From NCBI GenBank assembly GCA_001643675.2, contig LSRY02000001.1, positions 2,604,001 to 2,668,000 on the forward strand: a stretch of 64,000 bases of DNA, given 5' to 3'. The notes beneath the pieces are model-generated. The model made no database searches and was not told where the DNA came from. It saw only the letters and a program-made list of their open reading frames with translations. This document shows, piece by piece, positions 12,322-26,100 of this stretch (within the stretch, counting starts at the first letter, position 1; every line of letters begins with the position of its first letter). The DNA is from Monocercomonoides exilis PA203. Taxonomy: Eukaryota; Protista; Preaxostyla. Both the position numbers and the translations under genes were made by a program.

Positions 12322-15300
12322 TTATTCAGATAAAGGCGACATAACATTTGCTTCTGCAATTAATCCTTTGATGTCTGCTGCCAATTCCTTTGCTTGTAAC
12401 CCTTCTTCATTCAAAACTGAAGAAAAAGAGGAGGAAGAAGAAGTGGAAGATAAAACATGGCTAACTGCCTCTGCAACAATTGCATTCCCAATTTTTTCCC
12501 TTTGCTCTTTTTGTTCAAATTGCTCAAAAGTTTCATTGATGTTTTGTTTGACATTGTCCAAATGTTGTCTGACTGATGCATTTTCCTTTCCCTTCCAATT
12601 CGCCTCTTTCTCACCGTTTTTCCCTGTTCTGTCTTTTTCTTCTTCTTCTTCTGTTTCATACTCTGCTTCCAATGTTCCATCACCATTATCACCATTATCA
12701 CCTTCATCAGCTTTCCTGCTGCTTCCATCTGAATCAGCATCAACCACAAAGTTCTTCGCTGGCCTTCCTTCTTCCAATTCACCGCCTCGCTTTGTTCGTT
12801 TCTTGTTTCTTCCTCCTTTTCCTCCTTTTCCTCCTTTTCCTTCTGATTCGTTCTCCTCATCCTCAACATTAATCCTGTTCTTTGAGCTCCTCTTCTTCTT
12901 CATCACAATCAAAATGACACAAACAACTGCCACAACTGCCACAACTCCAACAACAATCACAATAATCCACCAAGCAAATGGCTTCTCTTCTTCTCCATTT
13001 CCTTCTTTTCCTCCATCTCCTCCTTTATCCTCTTTATCCTTCGAATCATCTTCCTTCGGATCATCTTCCTTCGGGTCATCTTCCTTTGGCCCTTCTTCCT
13101 TCCACTTCAAATGCTTCTCATACAAATCTTCTGAAACTGATTGATTATTTTTTCTTCCCATTATCCAGCCAGCTATCGATCCTTCGAAAGCATCTGCAAA
13201 CTCAAACACATTTTCTTGTTTGCAGAACTCATCGATGCCTTCGCTTTCGATGAACATTGATATCGGCAACGACCCAACTGTGTTTGAGCTGTCAACATTC
13301 AAATTGCCTGCTGAAGGAAGCTGAAGATTTGGCTTTATCTTTGCCATCCAAATGTATATTGCCCCGGCTTTTCCCACTGGCGCTGAACAAGATTTGAATG
13401 CGCATCTGCTCTGCCTTCCAATCGCCACAGTCGATTCTTCTGAGTGCAAATATATCTCCAGCCCTGCCGCGTTTCCATACTCCGAATTCACGTTTTGAAC
13501 ATTCACTCCGTCAACTGTAATTTGCGATGATTTGTCTTCTGAATCTTCAAACGAAAATGTGGCATTATTTTCAATCTTCATGTTGCTCACATTCACTCCA
13601 TTCAATAAAACCTCACTGGCTCTTTCAAAATAAAATGGCGAAAACATAAATGAAACACAAATCGAATCACTCGTGCACAAAACATTGTTTATTGTAACTT
13701 TTCCTTCAGAAGCTCTCACAAGATTGCTAAAAATAGATTCATCTTCATCAATACATGAATAAGCTCCTTCTGATGATTCTGGTTCTACTCTGACAAATCG
13801 GCAATTGTTGATTGTTAGAAATGTTGAACTTCCATCTGATCTAATCAAAGCGTTCCACTGTGTTCTTGCAACGGGAAAGTTGAATGCCAAAAGCTGGAAG
13901 TTCACCACTCCTATGCATGTGAAAAGAGCTGAGCTTGAACTGACATCACAATCGATGCACGCTTCCTCTTTGCCACTTCCATCGCCGCTCATTCCTTCAA
14001 TCATAATGCCTTTGCTAAAGTTAAACACTATTTCTTCCACCGAAAGAGCTCTGTCTGTTGCGATAATTTCAATGAAGCACTCTGCATTCTTTTCTAAGTT
14101 AAGAATTTCATCCCTCAGAACGCCAATTGGATGCGCCAAGCTTTCGCCACTCCCATCACCACCAGACATCGCATAAATCTTTGTAGGTGTTTGTGGTGGA
14201 TTTGAGGTATCAAAAAATTTGGATACAAAATCTACCTCTTCTAAATTAACAGAATCACATCCAGTAATATACCACATGTGCTCTGCTTTTGTATAATTAA
14301 TCGCAAAACTGTTTCTCATTGAATTTGCTATATCTTCGAATAATGAGTCATTTGTCATCTTCAAATATAATCCGATGTTCCTTTCTGATTCACCTTCTCC
14401 TGCTTTGCATCTGCCAAACACCAGATTACTTCCGTCTGTAGGCCATTGAAGGTTATTTGCTGATTCAATTACTGGCACTTGAAGATACATCCCTCCAGAA
14501 CCTTTATTATTTCTGCAACTACATGATGAAAAAGTCGTAGGAGCTCTACCTCCAACTGTAAATGAGCTGCTTTTGTCGTTGAAATCAACGAACAATGCTC
14601 CGCGACTTTCTTCCATAGATACTTCTTGACATTCAAGAAACGTGCAATTGTCCAATAACACATCACATTTACCGAAACGTGTGATAAAGACAACGGACTG
14701 TGCAGTTGTCTGAATTCTCCTCAAAAATAAATCGGTTAATTCTACCGCACGAGTTTCATTTGCTACAAACAGTTCCTTCTGAAACATCAATTCATTACTA
14801 CCAATTGTACACTCGACATTGAACATTGTCAATAAACCCCCTGATGCAAACACAAGATAATAATCAACACCCTCACCCGTTGTTTCTGGTGGATTGAAAC
14901 TGCAGTTTGTAATCGATAAATTAGCTTCAAGGCTCAATATCAAATCGCACATCCTAGAATACTCGCTCTCTTTTTTCAACGTTGCTGGAAATTTAAATGT
15001 CAAATACAGAAATGTTACAGTTCCTCTGCATGTGAAAAGATCACATCCTGTATGTTCTTTACAGTCCATTTCCACTTCAGTGTTTCCATTTTCCTCACTA
15101 TTCCATCCTTCAATCGTGATTCCATATTCATTATTAAATCCAACGGAATCTGCAATAAATGGTCCATCATCATCATAAACAACCTTCATGCGACATTCAA
15201 TGTCGCTACTCAGTACACTGTATGCATCGCTCAATGTTAGTTTTTCCTTGCCGATCGCCAAACCGCTGTTGCCATCGTTCCCGCTTCGCCTCACGTAGAC

Positions 15301-15375
15301 TTCTGTTGCCTCACCATTAACGTCTTTTGAGTAAATCAATATTGCAACTTGGAAAAGAATTATTCTCCAAAGCAT
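12322..15375 (-). CDS. 1017-aa type I membrane/surface protein with two tandem beta-helix-like extracellular modules
   Basis: Long uninterrupted ORF with an N-terminal signal peptide (MLWRIILFQVAILIYS), an internal duplication (GITIEGW...MDC / GIMIEGM...IDC), a KEDDP linker, a TM helix (WWIIVIVVGVVAVVAVVCVILIV) followed by KKKR, and a charged cytoplasmic tail. Confidence 0.9.
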   Translation of the reverse strand: MLWRIILFQVAILIYSKDVNGEATEVYVRRSGNDGNSGLAIGKEKLTLSDAYSVLSSDIECRMKVVYDDDGPFIADSVGFNNEYGITIEGWNSEENGNTEVEMDCKEHTGCDLFTCRGTVTFLYLTFKFPATLKKESEYSRMCDLILSLEANLSITNCSFNPPETTGEGVDYYLVFASGGLLTMFNVECTIGSNELMFQKELFVANETRAVELTDLFLRRIQTTAQSVVFITRFGKCDVLLDNCTFLECQEVSMEESRGALFVDFNDKSSSFTVGGRAPTTFSSCSCRNNKGSGGMYLQVPVIESANNLQWPTDGSNLVFGRCKAGEGESERNIGLYLKMTNDSLFEDIANSMRNSFAINYTKAEHMWYITGCDSVNLEEVDFVSKFFDTSNPPQTPTKIYAMSGGDGSGESLAHPIGVLRDEILNLEKNAECFIEIIATDRALSVEEIVFNFSKGIMIEGMSGDGSGKEEACIDCDVSSSSALFTCIGVVNFQLLAFNFPVARTQWNALIRSDGSSTFLTINNCRFVRVEPESSEGAYSCIDEDESIFSNLVRASEGKVTINNVLCTSDSICVSFMFSPFYFERASEVLLNGVNVSNMKIENNATFSFEDSEDKSSQITVDGVNVQNVNSEYGNAAGLEIYLHSEESTVAIGRQSRCAFKSCSAPVGKAGAIYIWMAKIKPNLQLPSAGNLNVDSSNTVGSLPISMFIESEGIDEFCKQENVFEFADAFEGSIAGWIMGRKNNQSVSEDLYEKHLKWKEEGPKEDDPKEDDPKEDDSKDKEDKGGDGGKEGNGEEEKPFAWWIIVIVVGVVAVVAVVCVILIVMKKKRSSKNRINVEDEENESEGKGGKGGKGGRNKKRTKRGGELEEGRPAKNFVVDADSDGSSRKADEGDNGDNGDGTLEAEYETEEEEEKDRTGKNGEKEANWKGKENASVRQHLDNVKQNINETFEQFEQKEQREKIGNAIVAEAVSHVLSSTSSSSSFSSVLNEEGLQAKELAADIKGLIAEANVMSPLSE

Positions 15376-16149
15376 TCAGAAAATCGCTCTTCAATCAATT
15401 TTCTGATCAATGTTTATATTACTTAAAAATTAATCAGCTTATTTTTTCTTTTTTCCTTAAACATATTTCAAAAATACTTTCTCAATACAAATAAACCAGA
15501 TTAATGTCAATTGAAGTTGGCGTTTTCTGAATGATGTTGGAATTAATGAAAAATATCACAAAAGTCATTTTTTTCGTAATTAAAAATTTCTCAGTGGCAT
15601 TTGGCTCTGTATTTTTTGTTAAAAAACAGTTCATTTTTTCAAGAGTGTTGATATTGACAATTTTGAAGATTGAATTGTGAATAAAATATGGCAAATTGAG
15701 CCTTTTCACAAAATTATAAAGCAATATCATCGAGTTAGTTGTTTTTTTCCTTCAATATTTTTACTGCAAAATTGCAGAAAGCACATGCGATGCGATTTTT
15801 ATTTGGTTAAAAAAAGTGACGAAGATAATTAAATGTTCAGAGCAACTTCTTTGTTCAAAATAGAAATAGCAACAAACGTGCACTTTTTGCAACGGAACAG
15901 TTCGCTGACTAGCATTTCTTTTCAACTTCTTCTTTTTCTTCTTCTTCTTTTTCTAATCACCATCCTTTTTTGCATAATTTTCTCTCTTCCTCCGTTCCCA
16001 CAAACCCATCGATGGCGCCATTCTCCCCAACCTCAACAGTCCATCCACTCCTCTCTCTGCCTTCAACACCTCTTTTTTCCCTCAAATACATTCATCATCA
16101 AATGATATTGTAATTCATTTCATATTTGAAACTGAAAGAAAGACACAAG

Positions 16150-17120
16150 AAAAGCTGACTGCTTTTGATGCAAGCATTCATCGCTTCGAATGGTGTGAAT
16201 GGAAAGATTTAACTGGTGGATCTTCAGCAGGCGGTGCACTTCATGTTGAACGTGCTAATGCAAATCTCACAATCACTTCCTGTTCATTCAACAGATGTTC
16301 AACTTATGGTGCTGGTGGGGCTTTATACTGTTACGGTTTGTTAAAAATAGGAGTCACAAAATCCAATTTCACAAGTTGCTCTGCTTTACATGGAGGAGCT
16401 GCTTATGTTGGCTGGCCACAATCAAATTCTGTTTGGACATTCTCAGAAAATAGAGTGGAAAGTTGTTCAATCACAAATTGGTGCGGAACTGGCTGGTATT
16501 TTGCTCTCGATAACATGCCATCTGATGCAAAATTCTTGTTCAAAAATTGCGCCTGAATTGCAAATACTTGTGGTGATGCAGCTGGTGCAGTCACATTCAA
16601 TTGGCATCCACCACAAAAACCAAAACAATGCTTGCTCCATGAGTGCCAGTTCATCAACAACAAAGTCGAAAATCCAACCACCTACGGTGGCGCTGCGTTG
16701 TGTTGCACCAGAACATATGATTGGATGAATGGAGTCAAATTCATCACTTTCTGTTTCTTCGATGGAAATTCCGCAACAAATGGCAGAGGAAACGATGTGT
16801 TCTTCAGTGACAATGCAATCACTCAATCACCATTCAATCAGTGTGGATCAACAATCCCAACAAAAAGAGTCTGGAATCAAGGAACTGCTGATGATGTTGA
16901 GTTCAACAGATGGCTTCCTCTCATAACAACATTCAAAATCGTGTCACATAATGGGACAATCACCGATCTCTGCGGAATCACACAACTCAGTCCATGTGAA
17001 ACAATAGAATTCGCTCTTGTTTGCATGACAGATTCCCAAGACGCCTCCTTCATCCTCCTCACCTCAACATTTGTTCCTCTTCAAACACTCACTTTCAGCA
17101 CTGCTGACACAAAAAAAACA
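16150..17120 (+). pseudogene. Truncated paralogue of the GGA beta-helix surface protein family with an in-frame TGA
   Basis: HRFEWCEW...AGGALHV...GAGGALY...GGAAY...GNDVFF...CGITQLSPCETI in one frame, with a TGA at 16554-16556. No TM or C-terminal part follows. Confidence 0.75.
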
Positions 17121-18029
17121 GGAAATAATGAATTTTATCTGATTCTCAAATTAATTCTTTCATTTTCTCATTTTTGACCATTTTCCATATCAGAGAAATA
17201 TCCTATAATTATCATCTTCTTTTCATCAGAAGTTTATTTTTTTTCAATCAATCTTTAATCTCCGCTAAAATAAAAATATTTCTTCGTAATTACTTCATCT
17301 ATTTTCTCCTTTTCATCAAAGGCAAATTCCGCTTGTTGCTTTTTGGAATCATCTATTTCTTCTTTTCAAATAGCATTTCTTCAATCATATCTGGAAATTA
17401 TCTTCAAAAATATCTGTTTCTTTTGTTTCACTGATACCAACTTGCCTGTTGGCTGAAGAATCCCTTGTTTCATGGAATTATCCTTCAAATATGGATTATC
17501 CTCTCAATTCTTTTTCTTCCTCATTTTTTCTTCGATGACTCATTCAAAGTGAATCGCATTATGCAATCTCTCAAACATCATCCATATTATAATATGTTCC
17601 AAATATCGTCTTTTGCCTTGTTCTTTCTGTTTTCTGTGAACTCTTTCAGCTTCCAGATGAAAAACACAGAATCAACCTTCATGGATTGTGCACCAGATGA
17701 TCGGCTATTCTTGGTTTGATATTGAACCATCTCCTTTGTAAAATAATTTTCATAGATATTTCGTGATTGCATAAACATACGTTTTGTGCTTCCGAAAAGA
17801 AAATAAAAGATGACGCTTGGCCCTGAATTCGAGGGGAGTTGAAGAAGAAGAAGAAGAACAATATTCAATGAAAAGACCGATTTTATACAGATGGCTTTTT
17901 TTTCATCATCAGAATAATGAATGAAAAAAGAAATGAAGGCGCATGTGGTGAATGGATGTTGAGAGGAAGAAAAGCGAATGAAGCTATTTTCAGTTCAGTT
18001 CAATGGTTCTTCTGAATTGAATGGCATAA

Positions 18030-18390
18030 ATGAATCATAAGGCCGACGGATCGATAGAACGTCAAGTGAGTGAAAAAAACATTGAAAAAATAGAAGAAAG
18101 AGCTGATGAAGAAGATTATGGTGAAGATGAAGATGGGGCAGTTTGTGGGAAAGAAGAAGATGTTGAAGAAATTGAAGAATTAGAATTAGAAACTGAAGAA
18201 GAAGAAGAAGAAGAAGCAGAAGAAGAAGAATAATGTGAAGAAGAAGAAGAAGAAGAAAAAGAAGGAGAAGAAAAAGAAGAAGAAGGTGAAGAAGACGAAG
18301 ACGAAAACGAAGAAGAAGGAGAAGGAGAAGGAGAAAAAGAAGAGGATGAGGAGGAAGAAGAAGAAAAAGAAGAAGATGATGATGATGAAG
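18030..18390 (+). repeat. GAA-rich acidic (poly-E/D) low-complexity tract
   Basis: Directly visible; the overlapping ORFs are low-complexity. Confidence 0.8.
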
Positions 18391-20143
18391 CTGAATAAAT
18401 AAATTAATGATTAAAGTTGACAAAATGAGATGATAAGCTGAGAAGAATTGCAATCAAAAATAACATCAAATAAAATTGATTGAAATTCAGCAATATCAAA
18501 CGTTATCTTGTTTCTTCTTTCATTTTTGTGTGTTTTCCTCAGAAACAGCATCTTCTCAATCTTTCACTTATTCAACTCAATCCATTCATTCTCGCTTACA
18601 AAAAGCATGAAAGATTTGGAAATCATTCTTTTCATTCAAAAATCTTCCGCTTTTCCTTCACTTCTTTCTCAAAAAATCGTCTTTCTCCAAAAAATTACTC
18701 TTCTCCAAAACCCAATGGAATGCATCTTCATTATATCTTGAATTTTTGTCTTTCTTCTCCTTTGCCTTCTCCTTCGCCTCTTTTCTTCTTCTTCTAAGTC
18801 ATCAAAGCCCTCGCTTTCTGAATAGCTTGTAAGAAAACAATAAAATTCAATAAAGTTTATTTTGGAAGATAAAACCAAACCTTTTGACTTGTTTATCATT
18901 TTCAATTATTGTTCCATTGAAAAGTCTCGTTTTCTTCAATAATAAATTCATCATTCCATCCTTTTTCAATCGTTTCTGTAACATATCCTCCAATCATCCG
19001 TTTCCAAAAGTCTTTTCATCTCCATATGAGAAGGTTTCTGATCCCTCTGAATAAAGAGAGATTTGGAATTTTAACAATTCCTTCTGATTGAATCAAGAAT
19101 TGACTTCTCAAATGTCCATCCAATCTCTTTGCCCTGTCTTCTTTCAACATATTACAGTTATTCGAGCAAGACATTCAACCAAGATAAGTGAATGTCAGTC
19201 TTCTATTTCCTTGATTTCTGCGCTGGAGCCAAATAAAAATAACATTTTAAAAAATTATTTCAAACTTCATCTTTGCCAAAAATTCTCAATCGTTCTTCTT
19301 TCAGAAAAGTGCTTTTCAACGGTTATTTTAAAATTTCCCAAATCAAATGCCTGCAAAACGAACAAATGATATAAAAAAACATAATTCCACAAACTAGAAA
19401 TGAGCAAATATATCACTTTCCATTCTTTGAGTCGCTTCCACCTTTTATCTTTTTTCAGTAAGCCAATAAAAACATAAACCATTTCTTCATATTTGTTCGC
19501 AAAACTATCTTATCAAATGCTCACGTTAATTGTTAACTATTTTGCATCCAAACGCTTGAATCTAATTTCACAGTCAAATGAAAAAAGCATTTCTCAACAA
19601 AAGATATTATCATTGGATTCTTCGAAATCCTCGATCACTTGTTCAACAAAAGATTTGAAAAAACAAGTCAATCTGAAAACATAACTATGGTTAATCAGAT
19701 ATTTTCAATGCGAATTGGGATCAAAACATAAATGTTCTATGAATAACAAACAATAAAGAAACAAATTTAAGTTTGTTTTAATGTTTTTTCTTATTATTGT
19801 TTTTCTTAAAATCTATTTAAAATTATTTGTTATTTGTTACTGTTGAAACTAATTTTTTGCATTGATAAGGCAAGCACAATATTGCATTTTGTTAAAAATT
19901 TTTTCTTTCAAAAAGTTGTTGTGATTTATTGAAAAATATTTTCCAGAAAAAAACAGTTTTATTCTGGACAGCTGTTTAATAGGAGAATTTTAACATTGCA
20001 TCATTAATTGTGTATTTCAAAAACAATAATAAGTATTTCAATTTCACATTTTCTTTATTCAATCATGAGTTTAACAAATAAAAAATGATCATTCTCATAA
20101 TATTTAATTTTTATATAAAAACTGATTTGTATTCTCGATAAGC

Positions 20144-23100
20144 ATGCATTTGTTCCTTTTAGCATGTCTGATTCTGGCAGAGACATTTAATTCTCAAGTC
20201 ATCTATGCGACAGCCACATTTAGAAACCGAGGTATTATATTTTATATTACTTTTTAATATAACTGTTTTTATTTCGGTCAAGGCAACTCAAATGATGCAC
20301 AGTTTTTCACAAATGGCAATAATAATTATTTTTCAGAACATGGAAAAGCATCAGGAATGAACAGATGGAAGGAAGGAACATGCACAGCGATTTATTCATT
20401 TTTACACTTTTCCAATTCTTCAGTTGGACTGGAAAATGTGGCAGTGGAATATTCTTCCTCGCCATTTATTCTAATAACAGATTCATCGGATGTGGTGTTG
20501 GATTCGTGTGTTTCCTTCCAAAAGTCGGAATCTCCTTTTTATTTGAATATCGGGTCAATCTGCCTCACAAACATGACTTTGATCCCCCAAAAGAGTCTTA
20601 ACCCTTCCAGTCTCATATTTTCATCTGATGATTCAAATATTGCTATTTTGAGCAATTCCATCATTACTGATCTGGCTGTCTCATCCTCAGACAATTTCCT
20701 GCTATCAGGAAAGAGCAAAAGCGAACAGATTGATAATTGTGCCTTCAGGAACATGTCTGTGAAATATAACACGAATAGCGATCATTTTGTGGAACATTCG
20801 TGCTTGTTGAGTTCAATGGAGAACTGCCTCATTTATTCATGTGTGAATGTCTTTGAAGGAGGGATTTCGAGTGGATCTTATTCTTCACAGGAATTTGTCT
20901 GCAAAAACACAACAATAAACTTCGGGAAAAGAGAAACGAATGCCCTTGAGAAAAAAGGACAAATTAATTCAACGGAAAGCCAATCCTTTTCATTATGCGA
21001 ATGGACTGATTGCACAGCACCACAAGGAGGAGCTCTTTATGTTTATAACAACGCAAGTGCAATTCTCACAGTTGAGAATTCTTCATTCACAAGATGCAAT
21101 GCTTCCTCGACAAATGGTGGAGGAATATATGCTCAAAGAATTGCTGAATGCTTTGTGCTTCATTCTTCATTTTTTCAATGCACATCAGCAGCAACCAACG
21201 GATATGGAGGTGGAGGAATAATGTTCGATAATGTTTATACGCAACCATTTGTTGACGATTGTTTGTTTAATAATTGCTCTTCTGCTGATGATGGAGGAGC
21301 TATATATTTTTTTCAAACAAAAACAGAAAGACAGAAAGTGTGCGTTGTGAATTCCTTTTATGATAACTGTCGATGCAACTCTTCAATAAATGGTGCAGGA
21401 GGGGCAATTATTCATTATGAGCCAGCGGATAAAGTTGCCATTTCAAATTGTTTATTTTGTCATTGCTTTGCTAAGTGCGGAGGTGGAGCTGTATTTCAAC
21501 ATATAAAAGGAAATAATGGAGGAACATTGTTTTATTACTGTTTTTTTCACAATAACACATGTGTGAAAGGTGGGCACGATCTTTCCATTTACATATCCTC
21601 AGAAAATAATATTGATCCAAGTTGTTATTCAACCGTCCAAACAACAAACAGAGTTAGCATTAAATTTGACTCAATTGTTGATCGTAGTGAATGGCTTCGC
21701 AATGATTTTGGAAATATGAGATTTGTCTCATCAACTGATCCACAACCAAAAGGCAACGACACATATGCTTGTGGAATTTATGAATCTTATCCATGCAGCA
21801 CGATCAGCCGTTGCCTCACACAACTCATTCCAGACTTGGTTCCCAATGTCGAAGTATCTTCAGGAACGATAATCGAAACAAATAGTTTTGATTGTGGAGT
21901 CAACGCTTTTACTGTTTATGGCCAAAGCAATATGAGCACAGCAATCCATACAGAATTTGAAGCATCTGGGCTGTCTCTATTTTCAGTCTCAACAGGCACA
22001 TTGACTGCCAGAGACTTTGTTGTTGTGCATGACTCGGCTCATCCGAATAATCGTGGGTCAAGGATGTTTGAGATAAGTGGAGCAGGAGGAATGAGCGTCA
22101 GCAGACTGAACATATCATTTGGGAGCGGACAATCAACAGAAACAGTATTTTCGACAGAACTGATAAATGTGCAGAATGGGATGTTTCAGATGGAACATGT
22201 GAACTGGGCAAAGACGATTTCAACAAATTCACTGTTTTCGCTTTCTTCGACAAATGAGATTTCATTGACACTTTCAGAGTGTGCATTTGATGGGATTGAG
22301 AGAACAACGAGCGGAGCAGCAGTGATATCGTTTTCGAATGACAAGGCCAACATTGATGTGAATTGTTGCACTTTTGAAGGATGTGGAAGCAGAACATCGG
22401 CTGATGGGGGATCGATGATGCTGTGTGTTGGGAATGAGAATGAAGTGAAAGTGAAAGGTGGATCTTTTGATGGGTGCTATTGCTCTGCAACATATGGATT
22501 TGGGGGAGGAATCTTTCTTCGATTGTTGAATGAAAATCCCAATTTCCTGATTTCCTCTTCGTTTGGCACAAACACAGCTAAATGGGGGAATGATATCTTT
22601 GTCATTTCACCCAATCTGGAAGAAACAGCAAAATCAGAAAACATCAGATGTGTTACAGATTCATTGGATTCTCTTGAGAAAGTGAGAGGATATGACAATG
22701 GAAACAACAGTGTGGCCATTCCTCTGTGCATCTATCTTCTTTCCACCCCAGAAGAAATATATGTGAGCAATTCTGAGGCATCCAATCACTCACACTGTGG
22801 AATTGTCCAATTCCCTTGCTTGACAATGAAGCACTCGCTCACAAAACAAGCAGGAACAAAGAAAGTTGTTGTGAATGGAATGATTATGATGAGCGATGAA
22901 TTAACCTTTTCTGATCAGAAACACGAAATCAAAGGAAATGATGATCAAAGTGGCTGGACAGTCTCTGATTCAAGTGAAACATCAAACTCTGAGATGATTT
23001 CAGCAAATGTTGAAACAGAATTATCAAAACTCATCTTTTCTCTTCCATCTTCCCTTCCTCTTCACTCCACTTTCATTTCGTCATCTTCATCGTCAATGAC

Positions 23101-26100
23101 TCTGTCTCAATGTTCGCTTTCTCTTCAAGATCAATTATCAGAATTGACATTTCTGTTCTTGTCTGTTGAATCAGGAATTTTGACAATCGACAAATTCTCC
23201 GCTTCATCAATTGATTTGAGGAGAAATCCGCTGATCTCGTTGAGGGGAAGTGGAACAAATACCGAGTTGATGAGCACACTGTGGTTGAACATGACGAACA
23301 GCAATTTCACAAAAATGGAAAGAGCAGCTGGAAATGGAGGCTGTGTGAGCATTGACAACAGCGATGATGAAAATACAAACACACAAATAAATATTGAAGA
23401 ATGTTCATTTGATGGATGTTCTGTGCTGGATGATGAAAGCAGAGGAGGGGCCATTGATGGTCAGTTGAAAGGGAGCATTCAAATGAATGTTATTTCATGC
23501 ACATTCACAGGATGCACAGCACCAGCAGAAGAACGGAAGATTGGGTTTGGGGGAGGGATGGCACTGAAGCTGATTGATGGTGATTCTTCGTTTGTGATCT
23601 CATCCCCTGTTTTTGAGGCAGACAAGCCAAATATTGCCAGATATGGAAATGATCTGTTTGTTGAATCACCAAACTTGACGAAGAGCATCACAAACACCTC
23701 TCTTCCATTTGTATCTGGACATCTGGCAGATATTTCATTGGATTCTATGAGAGGCTTTGATGGGAGTGACACAACGAATGCCATTCCACTGGTTTTATTC
23801 TGGCGAGGGATTGGGTCAGAGATATTTATTGGGAGCGAAGGTTGTGATGTGTGTGTGTGTGGATTCTCAGATTATCCGTGTCTGTCGATGGATCATTCGT
23901 TGACAAGACTGGCAGAAGGGAATGAAAGGAATGTCAGCATCAAAGGAAAAGGGTATCTGCAGAAGAGTGTTGAAGTGAGTGGAATATCAGTGAAATCGGA
24001 TGAGAGCAGCATGTGCTCATTGGAATGTGTCTCATCGCTTGAAGGAGCAGAAGGAGCAGCAATGAAGATTTGTGGCATCACCAATTTCGAGCTGGTGAAG
24101 TTTGTGATTCCATCTTCATTTGCAAGTGGAGTGGATGTTTTGATGCATGTTGGCTCAAGCGAGGGTTTGTTGACTGTGAAAGATTGCTCATTCACCAAAA
24201 AAGGAGATGAGAGAGAAGAAGTGACAGATTATGGGCTGATCAAGGCAGAAGGAGGGACAGTTGTGCTGGAATTGGTGACGATGCAATTGTTGAGCTTTTC
24301 GCAGGATGTTATTTCTGTGTTGTCAACAACAGTGCTGAATGCGAAAAATCTGACGATGAAGAATATTGAGGTGGAGGGAGCAAGTGGATTGAGGATATCA
24401 AAGGGATCAGCTGGAGAGAAGAGAGGGAGCAATGAAGGAGAACAAAACATTGTAATTGAGTGGAGTTTGTTTGAAGAAGTCACCCAAGACACAACAGAAA
24501 ACATCTCGATCATTCGAAATGTGAATGATGAGCCATTGAAAATGGTGATTCGAAACACAACGATGAAGAGATGTGGAGGGTTGAAGTGTGGAAAGGGAGG
24601 AGGGATGTTTTGTGTATTGAACGAAGGAGGAAGTTTTGAGTGCTCATTTTGCAAGATTTCAGAGTGTTTCTGCTCGACTGCAGGAAGAGGTGGGTGGATG
24701 TTTCTGGAATGTTCATCGACAGCTGAGCAGCCTCTGAATTTTGTTCTGTCAAATATCACATTCCGAGACAACTCTGCATTGAGAGGAAGAGACGTGTATA
24801 TTCGATGCCACTCAATCGAGACACAAGTTGTTGATGAGCAGTTCTTGCTGGATTTCAGAGCACCGTTTGTGAAGGACAAGGCAGTATGGGGATGCACGAC
24901 AGACTCGTTTGAAGGAGAAGAAGATCTTCTGCTGAGGGTTATGAGATACCAGAGCGAGACGATATTTGTGTCATCAGTTGCAGACAATCGCGCAGACAGC
25001 AAGCAATGTGGAGAATTGGACACACCATGCCACTCATTGAGCTTTGGAGTGCAGCACATCATTCCATCTCTGTATTCACAGCTGTTGATCTTGGAGCAAA
25101 CAGAAATTGTTGGGAAGTGTGATGTTCTTGATGTGACCATCCGCTCATTGCAATCTCCCTCAGCTGCTTTGGTGCATCTGAACTCAACAATAACCAACGA
25201 GGGAAGTCTGATCACAACATCAGAGAATGTTCGGATTGAGAGATTGAAATTCAACTTTGGTCAGTTATTTTCGTATTCAGGCAATTCAATTATTCATGAA
25301 ACAAATGGTCAGCTTTCTCTTTCATTTGTTGATTTTTCATCTGTTGGCCAATCAGAAAGCTTTGAATCTGTTGTTCTGAATTCAACATTGTTGAGCATCG
25401 AAAATGGAATTCTTCATGTTGACAACTGCTCAATATCAATGCTTTCATTCAAGAAGCCTTCATTTTTGTTAAATGGTGATGAGATAAATATTACAAATAT
25501 GAAACTGGAACAGATTGAATCAACAACAGATGTATTTGAGATTGGCAACTGTGGAAGTCTTGTGTTTAATGGAGTATCTGCAGATGGAGTGAAATTATCT
25601 GAGGGTTGTGTTATTGCGATAAACGATTTGTCATCAGGAACAGTTTCTATTGGAATCTCCTTATTCAACAACTGTTCGAGGAATTCAAAAGGAACTTCTG
25701 TTTTCTCAGCTTCTTCATCATCTGTTAAAATAAATCTTTTCAATTGCTCTTGCTCAGATTGCCATTCTCTCTCTGACAAAGGAAGCATTATGGAGATTAA
25801 CAATGCAAAGGATGTTTCTCTGCAAATGTGTGAATTTGAAGGATTGTTAACCAACAACCACTTGTTGGAGAATGAAAATATTTTTGAAGAGATATGCAAA
25901 TGGAATGGATCGCTTGTTCACTCAGCGAATTCTTCATTAGAGATGAAATATGTTACAATTATGAATGCTTCACAAGGTGGATTGTCAGTGTCTGCAGGCG
26001 ATGTGACGATTGAGAAAGGGGAGTTTTTGAACAACAATCCATTCATCGAAAAATATCCCTCTCTTCGGAGGAATATTATTTGTTCAGATTCTGCATCATT

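Noticed and set aside
12182-13144. 320-aa plus-strand ORF, and the antisense ORFs 24229-25254 and 25918-27549
   Set aside because: Antisense shadows of real genes, explained by codon bias.
18900-19740. Possible decayed protein kinase on the minus strand
   Set aside because: Only vague motif resemblance; could not be supported by eye.
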